Shown here: piece after piece, positions 12,301-24,300 of the stretch
Layout of the letters: the number at the start of each line of letters is the position of its first letter
Position numbering within the stretch: the stretch's first letter is position 1
Assembly: GCA_051313645.2 (NCBI GenBank)
Contig: JBNRSN020000016.1
Span: forward strand, 65,596,001 to 65,660,000
DNA from: Centroscyllium fabricii
Taxonomy: Eukaryota
Length of the DNA: 64,000 nt
Reading direction: 5' to 3'
The notes under the pieces: model-generated
The model's database searches: none
What the model was told of the DNA's origin: nothing
Seen by the model: the letters and a program-made list of their open reading frames with translations, nothing else
Made by a program: the position numbers and the translations under genes

Positions 12301-15300
12301 TGGAATTCTCTACCACAGAAGGCAGTTGAGGCCAATTCATTAAATATATTCAAGAAGGAGTTAGATATATTTCTTGACTAAAGGGATACAGGGAGAAAGC
12401 AGGGACAGGGTACTGAGTTTGGATGATCAGCCATGATCTCATTAAATGGTGGTGCAGGCTCGAGGGGCCAAATGGCCTACTCCTGCTCCTATTTTCTATG
12501 TTGAATAGCACTTAATATATGCAGTCATGTGCTTGCCTGATGTGCCTCCCATAATTGAATAGCCCTTAATGTATGCAAGATGTGTAATGTGCGTGTATGT
12601 TTTATGAGTTGGCCATAGGTCTTGGATGAGTGTTGGGCATTTGGGGTTTTTAAAGCCTCTGGCCACAGAGTGAGGTTGAGATGGAGGGATGTAGAGGTAT
12701 TTAACAGCAGGCACTCACCCTGACCACCCGGTGAGGTTGTTGAACTTCCGGCATTGTGTGTGGGTCTTGGGCACCATGCTCCTGGAGGAGACGTGCAGAG
12801 CCACCTCCCACCACACTCTTCTATAATCACGGGGCAATGGCCTGCTGCCACTCTGTGGGTAGAATATTGATCTTCGGCGCTCCACTGCGCCAACCAGGGC
12901 TACCAAGGCCCGGTCGTTGAAGCGCTCAGCTCGTTCCCTGGGCCTCTCCATTGTTCCTTGCAGCAGATTTGAAGTTAAGATCTGTCCAGGCCGAGATTCA
13001 AGGCTGCAATGAGCAGAGTGTGGCTGGAGAGCAAGATTAACCCTCCCCTTAAGAACTATCTGGCGCCAGTGTGTCTATATTCCATTGCTAACTGATCTCA
13101 ACTGCGCTGCGCCCGCGCTCTGCGTTAGCGCCTCGCCCCTCGGCGTTAGCACCTTGAGAGGTGTGTAGTGCCTGTTTAAGCGCTCCAATCAACTCCAGGG
13201 GCGATAGAAACCAAGGGGGGGAATTTCATCTCGCAGTGAGGCGGGGTTTTGGGTGGCCGTGAGGTGAAAATCCCCAAATTTTGTTTCCCCGCCCTGAATC
13301 TTTCCCGCCGGCGTCTGGTGGGGATGGCTGTTAAGGTCATTAAGGGCCCTTAATTGCCATGTGTAATGCCATTTTAAGGGCCCTTGGCAATTTTCAGCTG
13401 TTTCCCACCCAAATGGCGCCACCCTAAACCCCGTCCGGTGAAACCTAGAGGGAACACACTCTGTTTGCTGCGCATCTGTGGCAGGTCCCTCATTGAAGGC
13501 TCACATTTAATCAGCCATCATTGGCTTTCGCAACCACATTGTTGTCTCAGTCCTGGTGATACTTGTAACAGGCTTCAGCACACCTGTGGAAGGTTGCATC
13601 CTCAAACATTTCTGCAGTGTGACCTGGGAAAGCCCTCTGACTTCGCCCCCCTCAGTCAGTGCTTCCTCAGCCGAGGCTGCCAGCACAGCCATGGGAGGCA
13701 TTTTCTTCATTCCCTTCTTGGCATTAGATGATCTCCAGCAGGAGCAGTTGCGACGACAGCAGCAACAGCAAACGCAGCAGCCAGACCAGCGGTCCTGCGG
13801 ACCCTCCGGAGGCAGCACTGGCCAGAAGGCATCAGCACATGGAAGGCCGTCGCCGTAGAAGATACCCACCAAACAGGGTCTACAGAGTCAGGGCCACCTA
13901 CCTCAACATGAGGGAGCGGCAGTGCCAAAGTCGGCTCGGACTTTCCCGAGAGGCAGTCACAGACATCTGCGCCATGCTGCAGCAATAGCTGGAGGCCAGA
14001 ACACCAAGTCACCACCACACTCAATGTTTTGGCCTCGGGCTCATTCCAGGGATCATCAGCAGACATCAGCGGAATCTCCCAGTCGGCCGCACACACTTGC
14101 ATCACGCAGGTAAGCGATGCCCTCTTTGCCCTTGCCCACAATTTCATCCATTTCACCAGGGATCGCGCAAGTGTGAAGGGGCGAGCGATTGGAATAGCTC
14201 GTCTGGCAGGCTTCCCAAGGGGGCAGGGCATCATTGACTGCACACATGTGGCCCTTAGGGCACCCACCGACAACCCAGTTGCTTTTGTCAATTGAGCTTC
14301 CATTCGCTCAATGTTCAACTGGTGTGTGACCACAAGAAGGAGATTTTGCATGTGTGTGCCAGGTACCCTGGCAGTTGCCATGACTCCTTCATCCTGCGCC
14401 ACTCAACCTTGCCTGCGCTCTTCACACCGCCAGACGAAATTCCAGGATGGCTACTTGGAGACAAGGGCTATCCCTTCAGGACTTGGCTCATGACGCCGGT
14501 CAGGAGGCCAGCCAATGAGGCTGAGATGAACTACAACTCCACACTCATCTCCACCAGATGCATTATAGAGCACACCATCGGCTTGCTCAAGATGTGTTTC
14601 AGATGCTTGGACAGATCAGGTGGAGCCCTGCAATACTCCCCAGCCAGGGTCTCCAAAATGGTAGTGGTTTGCTGTCACCTTCACAACATGGCACAGCATC
14701 GTGGCTTGCACATTCCTGAACAACACCTGGCTCCTCGCATACCATCCTCAGATGATGATGAGGAGGAAGAAGAGGAAGAGGAGGAGGATGAGGAAGAGGA
14801 CGGGGTTGCTCCAGCACGGCAGCAGCCACCGCCAGCATTACGCGAGAATATTGCTGCCCGGCAAGCAAGGAAGGAGCTCATCCTTGCAAGATTTACTTAG
14901 CCTACTCAAGGCAGCCTCTGTTACATTCACCATGTTAACTGCGCATCCTGATTGGCAAACACCATGCGCTTCCATAGCTCATACCTCCATGATCCCTACT
15001 ATTGCAGGAAGATCTGTGTGTCGGTGGGGGGGGGGGGGCGCCTTGTGGGGCTGGCAATTGCCTCTGAGTGTCTTCACCGCTCGTGCATGATCCCAGGCCC
15101 CTGAGGCACCACGCAGTACAGTAATGGTAATTTTTCCATCCATCCATCACATGCAATGGTTTAGAGCTTAGCAGCTGGAAAGCTGCTTTAAGGCCAAGGA
15201 CCAGCATCACATGCAATAATGTACACAGAAACATTGAACGTTGCCAGTGTAACATAACGTTTAATCAGGAAATAAAACAACCATGGCCAAATCAATGGTT

Positions 15301-18300
15301 GGAGTGAAGACCACCACCTATCAATCAGTCCATTCATTTGGTCCCAGCCATCACATGTAGCTACATGCAGCTTTGAAAGGTCACATAATCATTCTGAGCA
15401 ATGGAGAACTTCAGCCAGTCCAGTTTTGAAATAGCAAAATCATTTCCATTGTCCCTCAGTGTTTACCACTCTCATGTGGTGCCCCTCCCTTTTCAACTGC
15501 GCCATACATTCACAGCTAAGATCTGCTTCTGCTGTGGGGGACTCACTGACTTCATGGTTGAAGTGAAGCGGCACTTTGAAGCTACAGAACTGTGAGGTAT
15601 TCCTGAGCTGGCTGCGACATGTATCGTCAATTTATGGGAGCGCTGTCCAGGTTTTTCCTGCAAGTGGGATTGCTGTGCCTCAAGATTTCATGGAGGTGCT
15701 TCAGGGCTGCTCTTCCCAACATCCTGGAGGAAATATGGGAGACAGTAACCACAACATTTTGGTGGGCATGGAGACACCTACTTATGCCCGATCTATGAGA
15801 CGCTAGGCATGCTGGCACCATGGCTCATTTGCAATGTTCCTGAGGGTCATGTGCTGTTGGGGGCCAGCTGCCCGAAGAAAATGTTGGATGCGTGGCCACT
15901 TTGCCCAGTTGGCACAATTATTCGTTGACCACCTTCATCTGGATGCCGTTTTGCTATGTTAATCATTGAGCCCTGAGGATTATTTTATGTTCATCGTTAA
16001 TCCTCATGATGTTTATACAGTGTCAATTGTGTTGGTTCTCATGTTTGGATGGTTTCCAATGTCATCGTTCTGGTCGCTGCTGTGTCCGACCCTGCAGGTA
16101 AGTCGCATTCAATGACCTTCACCCTTCACCATGGACCTCCTGTCTGTCACTGAGCCTCATGCGTCTTGCTGCAAGTCCTTCCGGCAGCTTGCGTCTGCAT
16201 CATTGCATATCTGTGAGGGATGACCGAATGTTGGGCAGCCTGCATAAGACCTCAATGTGGAAGGGCCATTTGCAAGCTGGCAGACGTGACAACTGCATCA
16301 GGTGCCACCAGCAGTCATCTGCGCTGTTAACAACTGACTTAACCCCTAAATTATGCTTATCATATCACCCAAGTGACTACCCTTGTGCCTAAAAGTGCTT
16401 CAGTTTCCTCTTACGAGTGCTCCTACGTGGTGCTGACACTGTGGCGTCAGCAGATGTGGAGGCCCCCTGCTCAGTTCCCTGCTGCTCCTGTTTTGACACC
16501 TTGGCGGGCGTCCTCTAGGGCAGCGAGCCTGTGAGGACTCGCCACCAGTCTGCTGCTCCTGCGGCTGGGCAGGGTATGAGACTTCCATCTCAGGTGGGTT
16601 GGGACTCCGGCGGGCCTCTGACCGAGGGCTCTGCAGTGGCATGGAATTGGGAGCGCTTGGAGAGGAGCCCCCACTTCCTGAAAGAGTGTCACCTACCTCC
16701 CTCCCATGGGTGAGCTCCCCCTCAGCGCCTGCAAGTGGCTGGACAGCACCCTGCTGCACATCAGGGGGGCCATGGGGACCCGTATCTGCACTGGAACTCC
16801 TACTGCGAAGGACTTCCATGAAGGTCTGGTCCGGGCGTTCACTAGATGGCCATCGCTCCTCAAGAGATGTCAGTCTATTGTGAACACTCACCATGTTTTC
16901 AACACACTGGCGACTTATCTGCTCCATGGCCGTTGCCATCCTCTCCTCCACTGTCGCCATCCTTTCCATGGAGGTTGCCATCCTTGCCATGGTGATGATG
17001 TCATGCGCCACTGACTCCACAAAGGCTCTGCTCATGGTCGCGATGGACTCCTCCATTCGCTTGACACTTGCAGCTACCTCAGACAAAACCTGCCAGACAG
17101 GCCTGCATTTCTGTCTGGTGTCCCATCAGCTGTACTCTGCCGGATGGATCCAGAGGCACAGGGTCGACATGCAGCTGAGCTAAGCTGGCAGAGTCCTGCG
17201 CCCTCTGACTAGGACTCTGCAATGATGTCCCTGTCTCCACAATCTGCTGAGGCTCACTTATGGTTTGTGAATCACCCAGTGACAATCCTAAGCTATGTCC
17301 CGAGGGTCCCACCGAGGTGCGAGTATCTGCGCTGGTGCTGGGTGGCGTCGGTGCTGCTGACGCTGTGCCCTCAGAGGTGGGAACTTCCTCTGAGGATTCT
17401 ACGTGGCCCAGCTCTTCAGCAGAAGCACTAACCAGGTGCTCTGCCGATGGTCCTGTGGGGCAGTAAAGGAAGAAGTTACAGATATGTTACCAAGGTTACA
17501 TTCACATAGCATTTAGCAGATGAGCAGAAGTCCATCTGAAGTGCTTTTATACTCATTGTGGCAGACTCATGTGATAGAATTGTTTCAGATCTCTCTCATA
17601 GCTGTCACCAGCTTCCGAAGCTGAGCCTGCCTCTCCGTCACCCACTTCCGACGCTTCTCCATCTCCCACGATCTCCAGGACTCCCTCCTCCCAGGTGGTC
17701 AGCTGCATGATGGAGGGGGGGGCCTCCTCTGGTCCTGGCTCTCTCGTGCTTGTTGGCGGCTGTCTTTTCCTGCAATGAGGGAGAGAAGTGGAGGTTGAGT
17801 GAGCAGGAAGAAGTTTGTGCAGCGAGTGAACTGCAAAGATAGTTGGAGGGAGAGAAAGATGGAGTAAGGCTGCAAGACCAAGGGCTCCCCCTGTGTGCTG
17901 TCAGATGTGCTGCAAGCATCAGAGTGAGCGGGAGTGTGAGGGCTGCATGGGCGAAAAGGACTGCGATTGTGAACATAGAGAGAGAGGGAATGGGTAAGGG
18001 TGCATGGAGGTGATAGTGAAGTGGGATGTGGAGGAAGGGAGTGGTGAAGCTAAGTGCTGGTGAGGAAAGGTGAGGGGGATCAGATTCCGGGTGATGCAAA
18101 ATTAATACTTACTTTAGCAGTGCGGTGAAGGTCATGGATTCTCTTCCTGCACTGGAGCCAGGACCGTGCTCTTGTTCCCAAGGAGCTGACCCCCTCAGCC
18201 ACCTGCAGCCAAGCAGCCTTGGTCTGGGAGGGAGGTCTCTTCCTCCCTGAGGAGGGGAAGAGAACCTCCCTGTGGGTCCTGGTCCCCTCCACTAAGGCAT

Positions 18301-21300
18301 CCAACGATGCCTTGTCAAATTTGGCAGCGGGTCGCCTCCTGCCGCTGCCCGAAGCACCATCCTCCCACTGTGCCATTGTGCTAGGCGGTAGCAGAATGCT
18401 GAGGAGTGCGGGAGGCGAGCTGTGTTCATTAAAAGAAACGGGAATGCTGACGTCATATTGTGCGACTTTCTGACTGGAAATCCTAGATTGAGAAGGCTTC
18501 CCACAGGCAGGGATTTAATTGGGCACTTAGCCCAAAATAACGTGGGAAACGCACACACTTTAGCGGGTGACCCCCAAAACCCGCCACGCCCGAAACCCGA
18601 CAATTCCCTGCCCTTCCGGCAAAATTCTCCCCAAGTTTGCCATTGGAGGTGATAATTTGTGCCAGGTGCTAAACTTTGCACCCGACCGATAATTGTGCCC
18701 CAAACGGGGCAATACCAAAATTCCACCCCCCGCCTTAGAAACAGAACTAGCAGCTGAAAAACTTTAATTTTTTTATACATGCGAAGCAGTTTGTAAACCC
18801 AGAAGCTTCCTGCATGTGCAAGTGCAACACAGTAAACATGGTTGGGTATCTATTCATTGGTCCATTGCCAATCCTTTGCCAAATTTGCCGGTCTCAGACC
18901 AGCAGAACTATTTTGTGCTGAGCTATGATACAGAATCTCTGCCAACATAGGGGCATATCCTTCAGCAAGTATTTGGCAAGGCTTTGTATGTTTGAGCACT
19001 GATAACAGCACCACCATACAGACGACTGTCAGCATTTTAGTGTGTCGCATTTGTAAATTCATAAGAAAACAGGAGTTCCTGCCCATATTATGCAGAGGCT
19101 TCCATCTCTTCTATCAGCAGCAGCACTTGGATAGGAGTGAGGTAGAGGGAGGAGAGTGATGTAAGGAAGGGGTGTGGTGGAAATGGATGCTATTGAACAA
19201 AAGGGGACATTGCTTGTAGTGAAGGGGAATGGCAAGGGGGGAGTGGATGACAATGAAGAGTAGAGAGTGTGATGAACCATTTGGTGTGGTTCACACTGTG
19301 CTATTATTGGAGCGTTCCCCAACCGCCGGTCTGCGACCCGGTGCCGGTCCGCGGGACATTCTTACTGGGCCGTGGACGGGTCTGTGAATCGGCGCATGCG
19401 CAAATCAACTACCGACGGGCCGCGGCAGGGTCTGTGAATTGGCGCATGCGCCGATCATTCGCCGACGGTCCGCGGCAGGGTCTGTGAATCGGCGCATGCG
19501 CAGATCAATTGCCGACAGGCCGTGGCAGGGTCTGTGAATCGGCGCATGCGGCGATCATTCGCCGACGGAAGACAGCACGGAAGCTCAGTCAAAAAAGCCA
19601 GCACCCCCCCTCCCCCGGTCAGTCAAAAAATCTCCGCCAGCACCCCCCCCCCCCCCCCCCCGGGTCAGTCAAAAAATCTCCGCCAGCACCCTTTCTCCTC
19701 CCCCCCCCCCCCCCCCCCCCGGTCCGCGAGAAAATTGACAAGCCCAAATTGGGCCGCCGTCCCAAAAAGGTTGGGGACCACTATTATTGTATATAGTTTG
19801 GGTTAATATATCTGTACCTTTCTGGATTATTGTATATAGTTTGTGATAATAAAATTGTGGAGCCTCAAATCAGAGCCGACAGCTTGTTCTAACGACAGGC
19901 TTTTATTTACAAAGAACTGAACCTAGTCTGCGATAAGTCCGCCCGGAATGAGAGCCAGGTGGGCGGAGCATTCTCCTTTATACTCATACCCAGAGGCGGG
20001 GTCAGCCGGTCCAGGTCCTTACAGAAAGGTACAGATTTATTAACAGTATTTGGTGGCGTGAGAGGAAAGAAACTGCCGGAAGTAACTTGGAAGGTGTGAG
20101 TTAAAGAGAGTGCCAGCATTAACTGAGGGAGAAAGCAGCGTGCCAGCTTAAATGGGGTGGGAGGAGAGAAGAATGCCAACTTGAATTCGGGGGGGTGGGG
20201 TGGGGTGGGGTGGCGTGGGTGGGAAGAGAATATTATTGATTTTTAATGGAGTGAGGAGGAAGAATAGTGCCAACTTGAATGGGAAGTGGAAAAATACCAG
20301 CGTTAATTATGTTGGATGGGAAGAAGACTGCCAAGCTGAATTAAGGGGGGGCATTAAAAGTGCCAAGATAAACTAGGAAGGTTAGTGGAAGAGAGTGTCA
20401 CTATGAAAGGGTGGGGAGTTTGGTGTGGTACAGGTAGTGGCTTACCCCCACAATCATGATTGTGGACAAATTATTCAGGGGGTATCACTTAGCAGGTCAA
20501 TTGTTCTGCTTTCAGTTGGAGAATTTTGTGGCACTGGGAGGTATTTGTTGTGTTCATATAACTTTGCAACATACATGTTATATCTTGGTGTTGCCTCTTC
20601 TCTGTTACTATAGTGAAAAGTCTGTCGTTATAAGGTTACAACGACTATAATAAATCAAAGTTCAATGAATGTATGATGCTATTGTATTCTTCTGTATATT
20701 TGGTGCATTTTACATGTGTATTACTGTGCTGCCAATCTTTTTTTCAGATGAAAATCCTTCTGCTGTAGATTCCTACTGCCTGAAAAACTTTGAGGACGCT
20801 AAAGAGTTTTTGGGTCGACAGTTGGTCAAAGTTGATAAGTACATTGGGGCTTTCCGAAACTCCTTTAAAGAGCTTGAAATGAAAAGTCTACGGCATCATA
20901 TAGTTAGTAACTGTTATTTTCTGTTGCAATTACTCTGATGATATGGGTCTGGTTTATTTTGCAGTTACACAACAAGGGTTAATTTGAGGGGTGAAGGGAA
21001 CATTTATTTTTCTTTCTTGCATTGGGTAGAACTGTGACTGCTGCCTTAGGAATATCATAAGGTTCATCAGGGATAAATGTTGCAACTATGTACATGTGAA
21101 ACGCCACTTGACCTTTCCATTTTCTGTCCCAGAAGGTGTTATTTTGTCGCACTCGCACTTTCTATCTCTGGTATTGTGGCAGTCCCACATCTGATTGTAA
21201 ATGTCGGTATATAGAAACTCTATGTATAATCCCCATTAACATGTATGTCTCACCTCCCCTTTAAGAGCGAGGGAAAACGGACCTCGCGTGACCCAAAGTG

Positions 21301-24300
21301 GTGGCGTCATCACGCATTTCGCGAGCTTTCGAGTTCAGTGTAGTGTTGGAGTTTGTCAAGTAAAGACCTGTTTTTGAGCTGATCCTTTGTGTTGGCTCCG
21401 TTATTTGTTAGGAGATCACACTCTCCTACATTGGTGACCCCAAGTCGGTAAACGTTTTTGCCGACCTTCGCAGCATCATGGCAACCAGCGCTGTGGCCTT
21501 GAAACTGCCTTCCTTTTGGGAGCAGCAAGTGCCCGCATGGTTTGTCCATGCCGAGGCTCAGTTTTCCCTACGAGAGGTCGAGGAAGACGGCGCCAAATTT
21601 CTCCACATCGTGTCGGCCCTCGAAAGCTCCACTGCTTCTGAAATCGTGACCTCCTGGAAAATCCTCCAGCAACGGGCAAGTACGAGGCGGTTAAAGACAG
21701 ACTCCTACAGGTGTTTGGCCTCTCCAAGGAAGAGAGAGCGCCACCCAGTTAATCAGCCGAATGCTCACGCTTCTGGGGTCTGAGCCACAATGCTTCCTCT
21801 TTTGGGCATTGTTCTTCAGCCAGCTCCCCCAGCAAGTCCAAGCTGCCCTCGCCGGTTCTTCAATTACCGGCTGCGCCAAACTCTCAGCCGCAGTGGATAA
21901 AATCTTCTCGGTAACCCAGCTCGGCTGCACTGCAACGAGGTTTCCCGCCCACGTGGAACACGCCCAGCCTTGCCAGACCGCGGGCCTCTGCTATTATCAC
22001 GCCCGTTTTGGCGCGAAGGCCCACCGCTGCCACCCGCCCTGCACGTTCGCCACAAAAAAAGGGTTGCCCAGCACACCGATTCCACGACCCTAGCGGATTT
22101 CGTCTGATCGACCCCCTGCCGCAACGATGGCTGTCGGTTCTGCAGGGAAACTCCTCTATATCACTGATTCACTTTCCGGGCGGCGATTCCTCTGTGACAC
22201 AGGTGCACAGTACAGTATTCTTCCAGCTTCCACCCTCGATGTCCAGGCAGGTCAGAGCGGGCCTCCCCTCGTGGCGGCTAATGGCGCCGCCATCCACACA
22301 TATGGAAAACGTCGAGCAGAAGTCTGTTTCGATGGACAACGGTTCACATGAGACTATATCACTGCTTCGGTCTCGCAGCCCCTGCTTGGCGCGGATTTTT
22401 TGTGCGCCCACAGCCTCCTGGTCGACGTCCGCGACTGGTGCCTCATCAACGCAGCCATGTTTCGTTTCATGTTGTGCCAACGCAGCAACAGACCGGCCCT
22501 CATCGTTTCCTGTGCCGCCCCCGCACCGGATGATTATGCTCGTCTTCTAGCAGACTTCCCTGGACTGTCGCAGCCAACTTTTCCGGCCACGTCGACTAAA
22601 CACAGCATCGAACACCATATCGCCACTACAGGTCCTCTAGTTTATGCCCGAGCTCGGCGCCTTGACCCTGCCAAGATGGCAGTAGCCAAGGCACAGTTTG
22701 CGACAATGGAAAAACTAGGGATTGTTCGCCGCTCGAATAGTCCCTGGTCCTCTCTTCACATTGTCCCAAAGCTGGGCGGCGAATGGCGGCCATGCAGCGA
22801 TTACCGGAGGCTCAAGGACGCCACCGCACCCGATCGTTACCCCATACTGCATATTCAAGATTTTTCTGCACACCTGGCGGGTAAAGTCATCTTTTCCAGA
22901 GTGGATCTGGTCCGAGGTTACCATCAAGTTCCCGTTCAGCAGGCTGACGTCCAAAAAACCACGGTCATTATCCCTTTTGGCCTTTTTGAATTCTTAAGAA
23001 TGCCTTTTGGGCTGAAAAATGCCGCGCAGGCCTTCCAACGCCTCATGGACTCAGTGCTCCGGGACCCCTTTTTCTCTTTGTCTACCTCGATGACATAGAT
23101 ACATCGAAGATCGGAGCAGGAGTAGGCCATTCGGCCCCTCGAGCCTGCTCCACCATTTGATGAGATCATAGCTGATCCTCCAATCTCAGTACCCCGTACC
23201 TGCCTTCTCCCCATATCCCTTGATACCTTTAGCTCTAAGAACTATATCTAACTTCTTCTTGAATATATTTAATGACTTGGCCTCAACTACATTCTGTGGT
23301 AGAGAATTCCACAGGTTCACCACTGTCTGGGTGAAGAAATTCCTCCTCCTCTCTGTCCTGAATGACCTACCACTTATCCTTAGACTGTGCTCCCTGGTTC
23401 TGGACTCTCCGACCATCGGGAACATTCTTCCTGTGTCTAGTTTGTCCAGACCTGTCAGAATTTTATAAGGTTTGATGAGATCCCCTCTCATTCTTCTAAA
23501 CCCCAGCGGGTATAAGCCTAATCAACCCAATCTCTCCTCATACGTTATTCCTGCCATCCCAGGTATCAGCCCTGTGAATCTTCGCTGAACTCCTTCCATG
23601 GCAAGAACATCCTTCCTCAGATAAGGTGACCAAAACTGCACACAATACTCAAGGTGTGGTCTCTCACCAAGGCCCTGTGCAACTGCAGCAAGACATCCTT
23701 GTTCCTGTACTTTCACTATGAAGGCCAACATACCATTTGCCGCCTTCAGCGCCTGCTGCACCTGCATGCTTACTTCTTAAATATATTTAATGAATTAGCC
23801 TCAACTGCCTTCTGTGGTAGAGAATTTCACAGGTTCACCACTATCTGGGTGAAGAAATTCCTCCTCCTCTCAGTCCTAAAATGGCTTACCCCTTGTCGTT
23901 GGACTATGACTCCTGGTTCTGGACTCCCCGGTCATCAGGAACATCCTTCCTGCATCTAGTCTATCTCTGCCCCCCCACTCTCTCTGCCCCCCCCACTCTC
24001 TCTGCCCCCCCACTCTCTCTGCCCCCCCACTCTCTCTGCCCCCCCACTCTCTCTGCCCCCCCACTCTCTCTGCCCCCCCACTCTCTCTGCCCCCCCACTC
24101 TCTCTGCCCCCCCACTCTCTCTGCCCCCCCACTCTCTCTGCCCCCCCACTCTCTCTGCCCCCCCACTCTCTCTGCCCCCCCACTCTCTCTGCCCCCCCAC
24201 TCTCTCTGCCCCCCCACTCTCTCTGCCCCCCCACTCTCTCTGCCCCCCCACTCTCTCTGCCCCCCCACTCTCTCTGCCCCCCCACTCTCTCTGCCCCCCC

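Larger units (their letters stand above)
10118..12951 (-). pseudogene. Harbinger ORF2 Myb/SANT(trihelix)-like gene, element 1; 3 exons (12951-12719, 11647-11505, 11022-~10118), disabled
   Basis: [28 protein letters not shown]...WWEVA...QCRKFNNL; GT-AG introns; coiled-coil-like third exon. Confidence 0.82.
13215..18631. mobile_element. Decayed two-gene PIF/Harbinger transposon 2 nested in the right subterminal region of element 1
   Basis: TIRs GGGGGGGAATTTC / AAAATTCTCCC; CAA on both flanks; own transposase and Myb genes. Confidence 0.8.
8327..18731. mobile_element. Decayed two-gene PIF/Harbinger transposon 1 (host of nested Harbinger 2, a SINE and a CR1)
   Basis: Imperfect TIRs GGGGGGAAAATTTCGGT / ACCAAAATTCCACCCCCC plus subterminal inverted similarity; convergent transposase (+) and Myb/SANT gene (-). 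Confidence 0.8.

Noticed and set aside
13691-14900. Host HARBI1 gene
   Set aside because: It is frameshifted, enclosed by TIRs and paired with a Myb ORF, so it is a transposon copy rather than the domesticated gene. The same applies to 8786-9830.
19378-19570. Regularly spaced repeats resembling a CRISPR array (also 39765-40105)
   Set aside because: The units are tandem with no unique spacers, there are no cas genes, the context is eukaryotic, and they lie inside MITEs.
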